NCBI GenBank assembly: GCA_965228735.1
Contig: OZ245838.1
Coordinates: 2,048,001-2,112,000 of the forward strand
Direction of reading: 5' to 3'
Source of the DNA: Planctomycetota bacterium
GTDB lineage: Bacteria; Planctomycetota; UBA1135; UBA2386
DNA: 64,000 nucleotides
The notes under the pieces were generated by a model. That model was not told the DNA's origin and searched no databases. It worked only from the letters and a program-made list of their open reading frames with translations. Below are positions 1 through 9,799 of the stretch, in pieces. Both the position numbers and the translations under genes were made by a program. Numbering within the stretch: the first letter of the stretch is position 1; each line of letters begins with the position of its first letter.

Positions 1-2787
1 GCGCTCGACAGCCTCGGCGACGAGGACACGTGGCTGCGCCGCGCCGGTTCGACCGCCAACGTCGCCGGCAGCTGGGCCGTCCAGGACACGGGCAAGACCG
101 TGGTCTTCCGGCCGAGCACGCCGCTCGCGATTGAATCGGACTACGTCTTCCAGGTCTCCGGCCTGACGTGTGACAACACGGGCCGCCTGCTCGACGAGAC
201 CATCCAGTTCTCGTTCCGCACGCTCGACGAAACGCCGCCGACGTTCGAGTCGGTCAACGTCACGCCGAACGCCACGGGTCATTCGCGTACGGACGCGTTC
301 ACGTTCACGTTCTCCGAAGCGATCGACCCGGGCACGCTGTCCGTCGACACGCTCGAGTTGCGCGATGTGTTCGGCGCCGTCTACGCCGGCGCCCGCACCA
401 CAGCGGCCAACACCGTCGTCTTCGACCCGCACGCCGACCTGCCCGGCAATCGACAGTTCACGCTCACGCTCACGGGCGCCGTGACCGATCGCGCCGGGAA
501 CGCAATCGCCACGCCCGTGTCCCGCGCGTTCACGACCGAGGGTGACGCCACGAAGCCGTCCGTCGTCACGTTCTGGCCGCCGCAGAGCAGCACGGGGATC
601 TCCCCGGAGGTCGAACCCACGTACACGTTCTCCGAGTCGATGGACCCCGGCACGGTCGAACCGTCGTCATTGTCGTTCCAGGATGAGTTCGGCAGCATCA
701 TCCCGTTCGCGATCCACGCGACCGATGATCAGCGCAGCCTGCGCGTCGAACCGCGCGTGCAGCTGCAACCCAACCGCACGTACACCCTCGCGTTCCTGCT
801 CGGCAGCTCCGCCGCGACGGACGTGAGCGGCAACGTGCTCGAGGCGACCGCCGCACTGCAGTTCACGACGGGAACCGACGCGGCGGCTCCCGTCGTCGTC
901 GCGAGCACGCCGACGCCCGGCGAGACGCGGGTCTCGCTCAACGCGATCCTCGAGATCACGATGGACGGCGGGCTCGACCCGGCCTGGGTCAACGACCAGA
1001 CCGTGCAGCTCACGGCCGGCGGCCAGTCCGCGGTCGTCATTGTCGAGCAGCCAACCGCCGACGTGATCCGCGTCACGCCCGTGCTCGAACTGCCGACGGA
1101 CACGACCTGCACGCTGACGCTCCGCGGCGGCCACGACGGTCTGCACGACGTCGCCGGCAACGTCATGCCGACGGACCACGAGCTGACGTTCACCACGTCC
1201 GCTGACAGCGATCTGCCGCGGGCGTTGATGATGCCGCCCGACGGCGCCACGGGCGTCCCGGTCTCCGTGCACATGAGCGTCGTGTTCGATGCGGCGATGG
1301 ATCCGTCGACGATGAACTCGTCCACGATCCTCGTCACCGACGATTCGCTCAACCCGGTGGCGGGCACGCTCGAGGTCCTCGCGCAGAACCGCGTCGCGCG
1401 CTTCACGCCGACGACGCAGCTCGCGCCGAGCGCGTACTACCGCATGCGGGTGGTCGGCGGCAGCAACGGCGTCCGGCGACTCTCGGGCAACTGGTTCTCG
1501 ACGGACCGTGAAGCCCGCTTCCGCACCGGCACGAGCAGCGATCAGACGCCGCCGTTCGTCGACGTGTCGGTGAACGGCATCGACGAATCGCGGACCGAAG
1601 GCCTCGTGTTGCCGCCGTTCGGCTTCACGATCGATGTCTCGATCACGGATCCGATCGACCAGTCGATCGACATGAGCTCGGTCGAGATCCTGCTGCAGGG
1701 CACCGGCGTCGGTCCTGGGAGCAGCGAGCTCTACGCCGTCGCGGACGTGCAGTACAACACCCTGCAGGTCCAGGTGCCCGAGTCAGCGGCTCTGCCCGCC
1801 GGTGACTGGGTGCTCACGGTGCGAGCCAACGACCTGAGCGGCAACTCGTCGAGTTCGCCCCAGCTCGCGTTCACCGTCGAGGACTTCTCGCCCAACCTGC
1901 AACCGTTCGAACGCATCCAGGTCGTCTGGGTCCGCCACGACCTCGACCGCGACGGGACCGGGGCGGACGACTTCAGCGAAGACCTGCTTCGCCTCGGCCT
2001 CACGACCGCGGGCGACCCGATCGGCACGAACGCGCGCATGCGCTCGATCGTCCTCGACGGCATCATCGGCAAGGCGAACGAGCTCTACGGGCGCGGCAGC
2101 CGGGGCGAACCGCTCGACAGTGGGTCCGTGTGGCTGCGCTTCACGAAGCGCGCGCCGATCGCGATCCCGCACATGCAAATCGCCATGGGCGGCTTCGATC
2201 CCGAAGGCCCGAGCAACCGCAGCTACGGCGACGAGAGCTCCGGCGTGCTCGGGCGGGCCTACTACGACTACCGCAACGGCAACTTCACCGAGCGCAACAC
2301 CGGCCAGAGCCCGGGCCTCGGGGTCTTCCCGAGTGAGATGTGGCTCTATCAGACCAACATCCACGAGCAGGTGTGGCCGTCGTATCAGACGACCTTCGCG
2401 CAGCGTTTCCGGCCTCTCGCACCGGACATGGGTGGCGTGCCGGCCGGCAGTGGCCCGCTCGATGCGGTCGTCCTCGCCGAGGGTTTCGACTACGCGAGCG
2501 CGAACTCGTCCGAACAGGCCCGCTACCTGTCGATCATGTCGGCCGCGGACGACTGGGCGACCGTGATGGGCATCATTCTCGCGCACGAGGTCGGCCACTC
2601 GGTCGGACTCGTCGCGCCGGGCCCGGCTCCGGGTGGTCTGTTCGGTGACGAGTCGCTGCACAACTCGTTCGCCAGCGCGGCCGAAGTCATGGCCCCGGCC
2701 GTCGGCTACGAGGCGATGCTGACGCTCGACTACGCCTTCCGGGATCTCGACCTCGCCTACCTCCGCCAACGGGTGCTGCTGCGATGA
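1..2787 (+). CDS. Ig-like (Big_5-type) repeat protein with C-terminal zinc metallopeptidase domain; 5' end outside window
   Basis: Frame is open from base 1. At least five ~100-aa repeats (DxxxPxV...FSExxDP...DxAGN...FTT). C-terminal ILAHEVGHSVGL (HExxH at ~2584) followed by a Met-turn-like VMAP. Confidence 0.8.
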   Translation, partial: ALDSLGDEDTWLRRAGSTANVAGSWAVQDTGKTVVFRPSTPLAIESDYVFQVSGLTCDNTGRLLDETIQFSFRTLDETPPTFESVNVTPNATGHSRTDAFTFTFSEAIDPGTLSVDTLELRDVFGAVYAGARTTAANTVVFDPHADLPGNRQFTLTLTGAVTDRAGNAIATPVSRAFTTEGDATKPSVVTFWPPQSSTGISPEVEPTYTFSESMDPGTVEPSSLSFQDEFGSIIPFAIHATDDQRSLRVEPRVQLQPNRTYTLAFLLGSSAATDVSGNVLEATAALQFTTGTDAAAPVVVASTPTPGETRVSLNAILEITMDGGLDPAWVNDQTVQLTAGGQSAVVIVEQPTADVIRVTPVLELPTDTTCTLTLRGGHDGLHDVAGNVMPTDHELTFTTSADSDLPRALMMPPDGATGVPVSVHMSVVFDAAMDPSTMNSSTILVTDDSLNPVAGTLEVLAQNRVARFTPTTQLAPSAYYRMRVVGGSNGVRRLSGNWFSTDREARFRTGTSSDQTPPFVDVSVNGIDESRTEGLVLPPFGFTIDVSITDPIDQSIDMSSVEILLQGTGVGPGSSELYAVADVQYNTLQVQVPESAALPAGDWVLTVRANDLSGNSSSSPQLAFTVEDFSPNLQPFERIQVVWVRHDLDRDGTGADDFSEDLLRLGLTTAGDPIGTNARMRSIVLDGIIGKANELYGRGSRGEPLDSGSVWLRFTKRAPIAIPHMQIAMGGFDPEGPSNRSYGDESSGVLGRAYYDYRNGNFTERNTGQSPGLGVFPSEMWLYQTNIHEQVWPSYQTTFAQRFRPLAPDMGGVPAGSGPLDAVVLAEGFDYASANSSEQARYLSIMSAADDWATVMGIILAHEVGHSVGLVAPGPAPGGLFGDESLHNSFASAAEVMAPAVGYEAMLTLDYAFRDLDLAYLRQRVLLR

Positions 2788-3785
2788 ACCGCTTCTTCTT
2801 CGACCTGGTCTCACGCGGCGCGCTCGCCGGCGCGCTCGTCGCCATCGTCCCCGCCCAACAGCAGGCGACGACGCTCGCGCGCGCCGTCGACCGCGCACCG
2901 GTGGTCGTCGTCGCGACGGTCACGGCAGCGACCGACCCGTCGCCGATGTGGCATCGCCTCGAGTGGCGCACGGATCGGGTGCTCAAGGGTCAGGTCGCAC
3001 CGACGTTCGCGTTGCTCGAGCCCGCGGGAGCCTGCTGCGGCCGCAGCCTCTTCGCGTTGCGAACCGGCGAACAGCGGCTGCTGTTCCTCGACCGCCGGGG
3101 CCCCCGGCTCCATCCGTTCGGCGGCAATCGCGGCGTCCTCTCGGTCGACGCCAGCCTGCTCGCCCACGTGCAGGCGCTGCTGCTGAACGACACCCCCGCC
3201 ACGCGTGGGCGCCTGCTCGCTCGCAGCCTCGACCATCCGAGCGCAAGGGTCGCGATGGACGCGGCCCTGGCGCTCACGGAACTGCCGAGCCTCGACCTCG
3301 ACGCGTCGTCGCGCGGCCACGTCGGACGCGCACTCCGACTCGCCGTGCAGCGGTGCCAGACCTCGTCCCCGGCGCTGCTCGACGTCGCCCTGCGAACCAC
3401 GGACCCAGGCCTGCTCGACACCGCACTCGGTCTCTACGTCACCACCAAGGACCGTGGCCAGGCCCGCCAGCTGCGCCGCGGCCTGCTGCGCGCGAACGCG
3501 GGCCAGATCGCCACTCGCCTGCCGGTCGTGCTGACACAGGAGGCGGCCGTCGAGATGCGCGCGGCCGAACTCTTGCGGGCGCTGCCCACCCACCAAGGAG
3601 GCCCGGCGCTGCAGAGCCTGCTGGCCCGCACGTCGTGCCCGCGGGTGAAGCTCTGCGCGACGGAAGGTCTGCTCGCAGCCGGCCACCCACCGCGCTCCCT
3701 GACCGGCAGCGTGCCGGCCGCGATCCTCGAACTCGCAAAGCGTCGGGTCTCCGCGCTCCGCTTCCGCACCATCGGCCGCGACTGA
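2784..3785 (+). CDS. Secreted hypothetical protein (OB-fold/TIMP-like N-domain plus helical HEAT-like repeats)
   Basis: ATGA overlap with upstream stop. Signal peptide ending VPA|QQQ. VVVVATV...VLKG...CCG...GEQRLLFL pattern, then Leu/Ala-rich helical repeats. Confidence 0.65.
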   Translation: MNRFFFDLVSRGALAGALVAIVPAQQQATTLARAVDRAPVVVVATVTAATDPSPMWHRLEWRTDRVLKGQVAPTFALLEPAGACCGRSLFALRTGEQRLLFLDRRGPRLHPFGGNRGVLSVDASLLAHVQALLLNDTPATRGRLLARSLDHPSARVAMDAALALTELPSLDLDASSRGHVGRALRLAVQRCQTSSPALLDVALRTTDPGLLDTALGLYVTTKDRGQARQLRRGLLRANAGQIATRLPVVLTQEAAVEMRAAELLRALPTHQGGPALQSLLARTSCPRVKLCATEGLLAAGHPPRSLTGSVPAAILELAKRRVSALRFRTIGRD

Positions 3786-3787
3786 GG

Positions 3788-5638
3788 ATGACCGACGGCT
3801 CCGACTACCCGGCGAACGCCGCGCTGCGCCTGCTGCCCGAGCGACTGCTCCGGCTGCCGCTCACCGATCTCGGCCTCACCTCGGCCGCGGTCGCGCTCGC
3901 GCACGAGCACGGGGCCGAGATCGTCGGCGACCTGCTGCCGGCAGACCCGACGAAGGAACACGACTGGCTCAACGAGACCACGATCGACGCGATCCGGCGC
4001 GGCCTCGACAACCTCCTCGTGCGAGGTCTCCCCGAACCGTCGGCGACCCGGCCGTTCGACCCGCTCGATTGGCCGTCGCTGCAGGGCCACCTGCTGCTGC
4101 CGCTCGATGACGATCAGCGGGCGCTGCTGCGTGCGGTGACGGGCCTCGACGAACCGCCGGTCTCACTCGTGCACTATGCCCGCGTGGCAACCATGGACCT
4201 GCGCGCCGCGACCGAGCTCGCGGAACGCACCCGCGCTCAGCTGCACGAACGGTCACGCGAGCTGCTGCCGCGGCTGCGCGACGAGATCATGCGCGAGATC
4301 GAGACGTTCGACGGTGTCGTCGACCCGCTGAAGATCGCGTGCGGCTCGATGCTCGCCACGATGGCGGAGGCCAACGGCGACCCGGCGTTCCCGATGCGGC
4401 TCGCGGCGTTCTGCCTGCCGACCGAGGTCCACCTCCGCCAGGGCTACCTCGTCGGCATGTCGCCGAGCGGGCTCAACCGGCTCATCGATCAACTGCGCGC
4501 GGCGATCGCGCGCCGTCAGCTGCCGGTCCCGCTCACGGAGATCGCGGCCGAGGTGCAGGGCGGGCGGGACGTGCCGACGGGGCTCCTGACGCACCTGCTG
4601 CGGAAGGAGCTGCGCCTGTCGTTCGAGATCCGGGAGGAGGGCGAGGTCATCGTCCCCGATCCGCGTTCGCCCGCGACCCGTCTCGCCGAGATCCTCGACG
4701 AGGACCGCGCCGCGATGCGGCTCAACGACCTCGTGTTCGCCTATCGCGACCGCTACCGCCGCGCCAACCCGCGCCACCTCGAACAGATCCTGCGCAGCAA
4801 CGATACGTTCGTCGTGGTCGGCCCCGACCTCTTCGCGCTGCGCCAGTGGCACGAGGACGAGTTCGAGGCCGCGGAGGCGGTCGCCGACCGCGCCGCCCGC
4901 TGGATCGTCGCCGAAGACGGCAAGCAGGACGTGTTGAAGTGGCTACGGGACGACGGCTGCACCGACACGGCCGCCTGGCTCGTGATGGACGTGCTGCGCC
5001 GCGACGAACGCGTGCGCCTGCTCGGTCGCGGCGAAGCCTGTCCGGCGACCGAACGCCGCTCACAGGTCATGGTCAAGTTGCTCGCCGACTTCCGCCGCGC
5101 ATCGGGCGATGTCGTCGAGAGCCTGTTCGTCGAGAACCAGCCCGACGATCGCCGCCGCCTCGTGCAGCGCCTGCTCGACGAGAACCGGCTCTTCGTCCGA
5201 CCCGAACCCGACCGCGTCGATACGCTCACGAACTACCCGTTCAACGAGGAGCGGCTGCGGCGGACGCAGACGCTCGTGCAGAAGGTGCTCGACGACCGAG
5301 GTGGCTATGCGCCGACCGACGTCGTGAAGAAGGGGGTCGACCAGACCGACCTCGGCGGCACCTGGCTCACGCCGATGTTGCTCGAGGACCTGATCCGGCG
5401 ACACGGCTGGTTCGACGTGCTGCCCGGCGGCGTGATCGCGCTGCGCGACCGCAAACTCGCGGCCCGCCTGACCTGGCTCGCGCGGCAGGAGCTCCGCGAC
5501 GCGGGCGTCCAGCTCACGGTCGACGAGATCCTGCGCCAGCGCACGGACCTCGCGGAGTTCGCCGACTGCCTCGCCGGCCTGCTGCACGCGGACCCGCTCG
5601 TGCACTCGCAGGACGGCAAGCGGTTCTGCCTCGTCTGA
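3788..5638 (+). CDS. Multi-HTH protein: degenerate RNAP alpha-CTD-like + sigma70 region-4-like + winged-helix repeats
   Basis: ATG 3788 lies 2 nt after the previous stop; the ORF-track start at 2948 overlaps another gene. LLRLPLTDLGLT...IVGDLL resembles alpha-CTD. LDDDQRALLRAVTGLD..VSL resembles sigma4. FVVVGPDLFALRQW resembles a delta/HARE-HTH wing. Confidence 0.65.
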   Translation: MTDGSDYPANAALRLLPERLLRLPLTDLGLTSAAVALAHEHGAEIVGDLLPADPTKEHDWLNETTIDAIRRGLDNLLVRGLPEPSATRPFDPLDWPSLQGHLLLPLDDDQRALLRAVTGLDEPPVSLVHYARVATMDLRAATELAERTRAQLHERSRELLPRLRDEIMREIETFDGVVDPLKIACGSMLATMAEANGDPAFPMRLAAFCLPTEVHLRQGYLVGMSPSGLNRLIDQLRAAIARRQLPVPLTEIAAEVQGGRDVPTGLLTHLLRKELRLSFEIREEGEVIVPDPRSPATRLAEILDEDRAAMRLNDLVFAYRDRYRRANPRHLEQILRSNDTFVVVGPDLFALRQWHEDEFEAAEAVADRAARWIVAEDGKQDVLKWLRDDGCTDTAAWLVMDVLRRDERVRLLGRGEACPATERRSQVMVKLLADFRRASGDVVESLFVENQPDDRRRLVQRLLDENRLFVRPEPDRVDTLTNYPFNEERLRRTQTLVQKVLDDRGGYAPTDVVKKGVDQTDLGGTWLTPMLLEDLIRRHGWFDVLPGGVIALRDRKLAARLTWLARQELRDAGVQLTVDEILRQRTDLAEFADCLAGLLHADPLVHSQDGKRFCLV

Positions 5639-5654
5639 GGGTCAGCGCGTCGAT

Positions 5655-8108
5655 TCAGAAGACGCCGATCGTCAGCTCGAGCGCGTTGGAGGCGCTCAGC
5701 GTGAGCAGCGTGTTGCCGGCACCGACCTCGAACTGCAGAAACTGGTGGTACAGGGCAAGACCGGCGAACGCCGTCGTGTCGGGCACGTCGAACGCGAACG
5801 TCCCCACCCCGGTCGGCGGCTGCGTGAGCAGGATCGCCTCCTGACTCGCGAGCTGATTGCAGTGCGGCAGCGTGTTGGGCCACAGCCAGGTCAACGGCAC
5901 GTTGGGCGAACTCAGGCCGATCAGGGCGACGGCGAGGCTGCCGCTCGCGAACCCGGTCGCGGTCGACGTGAACGATCGCCCGGCCCAGGGCCGCTCCTGA
6001 GCGGTCAGGGTCAAGGGCCCCGCCGGCCCGATACAGGAGGTCGGCAGGTCGACCCGATCGGCCGCACACGGCGTCGAGAGGCGGGCGAAATAGGCCGCGA
6101 ACTCGTCGCCCACCTCGAAGAACGTGCCGGCAAACGCGAGTTCACCGTGATCGCCCCACGCCACGTCCAGGACCTCCACACCCGACGTGCCGCCGAGCGC
6201 GAGTTCCGTCCAGGTCGTGCCGTCCCACCGGGCCGGCTGGATCCGCGGCGCGGGGTACGGCTGCCCGAGCCAGCCGGCGGCCACCAGATCACCGTCGGGC
6301 AACACGGCCAGGTCGCGGACCGGCTGCGGCATCCCGGCGCCGAGCGGTGACCACACAGCGCCGTCCCAGCGCGCGACGAAGCGGGCCGGCGCGCCGCCGG
6401 CGTTCACGAAGTTGCCGCCCGCAACCAGGTCGCCGTCACGCAGCACGGCGAGCGCCAGCACGTTGTCCTCGATGCCGCTGCCGAGCGGCGACCAGGTCGC
6501 GCCGTCCCAACGCGCGATGTTCCGACAACCGACGCCGCCGGCCGACATGAACCGCCCCCCGGCGACGACGTCGCCGTTCGGCATGACGGCGAGGGCATAC
6601 ACGTACCAACTCGGCCACGCCCCGAGACTCGACCACGCGGTCCCGTTCCATCGCGCCACGAACGGAGCCCACGCGCCACCGGCATGGAGGAACTCACCGC
6701 CGGCGAGCACGTCACCACCCGGCAGCTCGAGGAGCGCGTGCACGGTGCCGTCGAGGCCGGCTCCGAGCGGCAGCCACTGGGCGCCGTCCCAACGCGCGAT
6801 GCGGTTCGCCGGCGCGTTGCCCGCGGTGAGGAACGCACCCGCGACGATCAGGCTGCCATCGGAGTGCCGCAGCATGGCGTTGGGAGCCCCGCCGAGGCCG
6901 GCCCCGAGCGGCGACCACGAGCCCCCGACGAGACGCGCGATGTGCGACAGCGGCTGGCCACGGATCGACTCGAAGTCACCGCCGACGATCCAGCCGCCGT
7001 CCGGCGTCGCGACCGCCGCCGTGGTCCGCCGATCGAGCCCCGTGCCGCGCGCGAACGGCGTCCACTGCGTCCCGTCGAACCGCCCCACCCCGTAGAAGTC
7101 CTCCGATTGGGACGACGTGTTGCCGCCCGCGAACAGGTCACCGTTCGGCAGCTCCGCCACCGCGTAGATCCACCAGCGGACGTCGGGGACGCTGGTCCAA
7201 CCGTTCCCGTCCCAGATGCCCGACCGGATCTTCCCGGCGGCGTAGAGGTTGCCGTTCTGCAACAACGTGAACGCGAGCGGCTGCGTCCCCATCCCGCCGA
7301 TCCCGACCCAGCCCTGACCGTCCCACGACACGATGCCGGGCGCCGGAACCGTACCTGCCATCGAGAAGGATCCGCCGACGACCAGGTCGCCGTTCGGCAT
7401 CATGATCATGTCCGAGACGCCGCCGTTGAGGCCGCCGCCCATCGTCTGCCACAGTGCGCCGTCGAACCGCCGGATCGCGAACGACGGCGTGATGTACGTC
7501 TCGAAGTGGCCGCCGGCCACGATGTCGCCGTTGTTGAGGCGCGCGAGCGCGTTCACCGTCGGCGAGAACCCGGTGATCCCGCCGCCGAACTCCGACCACG
7601 ACGTGCCGTTCCAGCGCGCGATCGCGCGCGCCGGCACGCCACCGATGTCGGTGAACGATCCGCCCGCGAGCAGATCCCCGCCCGGCAGCGGCAGCAGCGC
7701 GTTCACCCCGCCGCTGACGGCGGGCGCGGCGCCGAGCAGGTGCCACGCCGTCCCGTCGAACCGCCAGACCCCGCCGGCGCTTGCCACGAGCTCGCCGTTG
7801 CCGAGCACCGCGAGCGCCGTGCCGCGGGCCGGCAGGCCGTCGCCGAGGCTCGCCCACAACCCCGTCGCCGGGTCGTAGGCCGCCACGTGATTGGCGACGA
7901 GCCCGAACGCGACGACGAAGGAGCCGGTGATCACGAGCCGACGCGGCACGGGTCCGGCGCCGTCCGGGTCCCACCACGTCGCGGCCGCGACCGCGCCGAC
8001 GACGCCCGGGAAGTCCTCGCCGGGCTCTCCCTGCAGGGTGCACTGACCACGCGCGGACGCGGCGAAGGACAGTAGAACGACGAGGACGGCTGCTTGGGTC
8101 GTGCGCAT
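5655..8108 (-). CDS. Secreted beta-propeller repeat protein with conserved C-terminal tail domain
   Basis: Signal peptide ARG|Q. More than 10 repeats of V.AL...P.GDL.AGG.F..AGG.....IARWDG..W..LG.G. Ends ...SASNALELTIGVF. Confidence 0.8.
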   Translation of the reverse strand: MRTTQAAVLVVLLSFAASARGQCTLQGEPGEDFPGVVGAVAAATWWDPDGAGPVPRRLVITGSFVVAFGLVANHVAAYDPATGLWASLGDGLPARGTALAVLGNGELVASAGGVWRFDGTAWHLLGAAPAVSGGVNALLPLPGGDLLAGGSFTDIGGVPARAIARWNGTSWSEFGGGITGFSPTVNALARLNNGDIVAGGHFETYITPSFAIRRFDGALWQTMGGGLNGGVSDMIMMPNGDLVVGGSFSMAGTVPAPGIVSWDGQGWVGIGGMGTQPLAFTLLQNGNLYAAGKIRSGIWDGNGWTSVPDVRWWIYAVAELPNGDLFAGGNTSSQSEDFYGVGRFDGTQWTPFARGTGLDRRTTAAVATPDGGWIVGGDFESIRGQPLSHIARLVGGSWSPLGAGLGGAPNAMLRHSDGSLIVAGAFLTAGNAPANRIARWDGAQWLPLGAGLDGTVHALLELPGGDVLAGGEFLHAGGAWAPFVARWNGTAWSSLGAWPSWYVYALAVMPNGDVVAGGRFMSAGGVGCRNIARWDGATWSPLGSGIEDNVLALAVLRDGDLVAGGNFVNAGGAPARFVARWDGAVWSPLGAGMPQPVRDLAVLPDGDLVAAGWLGQPYPAPRIQPARWDGTTWTELALGGTSGVEVLDVAWGDHGELAFAGTFFEVGDEFAAYFARLSTPCAADRVDLPTSCIGPAGPLTLTAQERPWAGRSFTSTATGFASGSLAVALIGLSSPNVPLTWLWPNTLPHCNQLASQEAILLTQPPTGVGTFAFDVPDTTAFAGLALYHQFLQFEVGAGNTLLTLSASNALELTIGVF

Positions 8109-8160
8109 GGAGATCCTTCGCCGGGGTGGTGACCTGGCGCCCCCATCCTACCGCGGTTCG

Positions 8161-8185
8161 CGCTGGCACGCGGCCGCTGCCAGCG
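8161..8185. terminator. GC-rich hairpin downstream of spoVR, possible terminator
   Basis: CGCTGGCA-N9-TGCCAGCG inverted repeat in the intergenic gap; no U-tract. Confidence 0.3.
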
Positions 8186-8222
8186 TCGGGCGGGGTGCCC
8201 GGTCCGGGCCCCTCTGCACCAT

Positions 8223-9785
8223 CTAGCCCTCTTCGGACTCCGCTTCGGCCGCGGCCTCGCTGCCGACGCCGACGCGCCCCGTCACCGGGTGCGAGCTCGT
8301 GACCTCGCTCGTCGTCGCCTCCTCGCCATCGAAGCTCAGCAGCCGCCCCTTGCCGTCCTGCACGGTCTCGATGTGCACCGGCCGCTTCCACATCTGGAAC
8401 AACCCCTGCAACGTGAGCATCGCCTCGTCGAGCTGCAGGTCGCCCTTCACCCACTGGTGCACGAGGTAGAGCTCGCCGCGGTTCTTGTGGTTGGCGTCGA
8501 CCACCTTGATGATCGGGTTGCCGTGGTTCGTCAGAGCCTCGAGCAGCTGCGTCTTCACCTTGGTGTAGTCGCGGTCGAGGATCACGACCTCGCCGGTCTG
8601 CGGGTCCTGCCCGTAGACGAACATCTTCTGCGCCTCGGCGAACTCCGGCGTCACGAACTCGTCGACGAACGTGATGTCGTTGTAGATCCGCCGCACCTCG
8701 AAGACCTTGGCGCGCCCCTCGTTGGTCGGGCGGTGCCAGTTCTTGCGCACGTCCGGATCGTCGCAGCTCTGGTACTCGACCCCGAACTTGCCCGTGTTCC
8801 AGCGTTCCTCGATGTCGCGGAAGAGCTCGACACCGAGCTTGTACGGGTTGATCTGACCCGGCGCCGTGCCGAGCGTGCCGCTGTGCGTGTCGCAGTAGTT
8901 GATGATCTCGGTCGCGTCGCACAGGTGGCGGGTCATCAGGTGGCTGTGCCAGAACACGGCCCAGCCCTCGTTCATGATCTTCGTCATGCCCTGCGGCGCG
9001 AAGTAGTAGGCCTCCTCGCGCAACATCGCGAGCACGTCCTGCTCCCACGTCTCGAGCGGCGCGTAGTCGAGCAAGAACTTGAGGACGTCGCGCTCCGGCC
9101 TGGCCGGGAACTGACGGGCCGCCTGGTCCTCCTCGTCGAGCCGCTCGCGCTCCCGCTCGAGGAACTCGGGCGGGTTGATGTAGCGGTCCATGTAGTCCTT
9201 GGCCGCGATCTTCTGCACCTCGCGCTGCGGCGCATCGTCCTTCTTCGGCGGCGCCGACCGCCGGTTCGTGCCGCGGTCGAAGTACGGCGAGTACGGGTCG
9301 ATCAGGTTGTCGAGCGACTGCACGAGGTCGATGAAGTTCTCGACGCGCTCCTGACCGTGGCGGTCCATGTAGCGCCGGATGCGCGAACCGTGGTTCGCCA
9401 TCACGTCCATCATCTTGCGCGACGTGTGACCGAACCACGCGTTGTTCTTGAAGAAGTCGCAGTGGCCGTAGACGTGCGCCATCACGAGCTTCTGCTCCGT
9501 GATCGCGTTGCTGCGCATCAGGTACGCGTAGCACGGGTCGTTGTTGATCACGAGCTCGTAGATCTTCGACAACCCGTATGCGTAGCTCTTGCTGAGCTGC
9601 TCGTACTCCATGCCGAAGCGCCAGTGCGGGTATCGCGTCGGGAAGCCGCCGTAGCTCGCGATCATGTTGAGCTCGTCGTAGTCGACGAGCTCGAAGATGA
9701 CCTCGTAGAAGTCGAGCCCGTAGCTCTTCGCGAGATCGCGGGTCTCGTCACGGAGCGCGGCGAGTTCGGGGGTGAGGTTGCCCAT
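8223..9785 (-). CDS. spoVR: SpoVR/YcgB family protein
   Basis: GFPTRYPHWRFG, KIYELVINNDPCYAYL, HVYGHCDFFKNN, TKIMNEGWA and NPYKLG motifs. Start re-assigned to ATG 9785. Confidence 0.92.
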   Translation of the reverse strand: MGNLTPELAALRDETRDLAKSYGLDFYEVIFELVDYDELNMIASYGGFPTRYPHWRFGMEYEQLSKSYAYGLSKIYELVINNDPCYAYLMRSNAITEQKLVMAHVYGHCDFFKNNAWFGHTSRKMMDVMANHGSRIRRYMDRHGQERVENFIDLVQSLDNLIDPYSPYFDRGTNRRSAPPKKDDAPQREVQKIAAKDYMDRYINPPEFLERERERLDEEDQAARQFPARPERDVLKFLLDYAPLETWEQDVLAMLREEAYYFAPQGMTKIMNEGWAVFWHSHLMTRHLCDATEIINYCDTHSGTLGTAPGQINPYKLGVELFRDIEERWNTGKFGVEYQSCDDPDVRKNWHRPTNEGRAKVFEVRRIYNDITFVDEFVTPEFAEAQKMFVYGQDPQTGEVVILDRDYTKVKTQLLEALTNHGNPIIKVVDANHKNRGELYLVHQWVKGDLQLDEAMLTLQGLFQMWKRPVHIETVQDGKGRLLSFDGEEATTSEVTSSHPVTGRVGVGSEAAAEAESEEG

Positions 9786-9799
9786 GGTTCTGTCCTGGC

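Noticed and set aside
2948..3787. N-terminal extensions in the ORF track (also for spoVR, prkA, recQ, HD-GYP, nagX, ribH)
   Set aside because: They overlap neighbouring genes. Downstream starts fit domain boundaries and ATGA/GTGA coupling, so no frameshift or fusion is needed.
6100..7950. Regularly spaced DNA repeats resembling an array
   Set aside because: They are coding beta-propeller repeats with degenerate nucleotide sequence; no CRISPR repeat-spacer structure and no cas genes.
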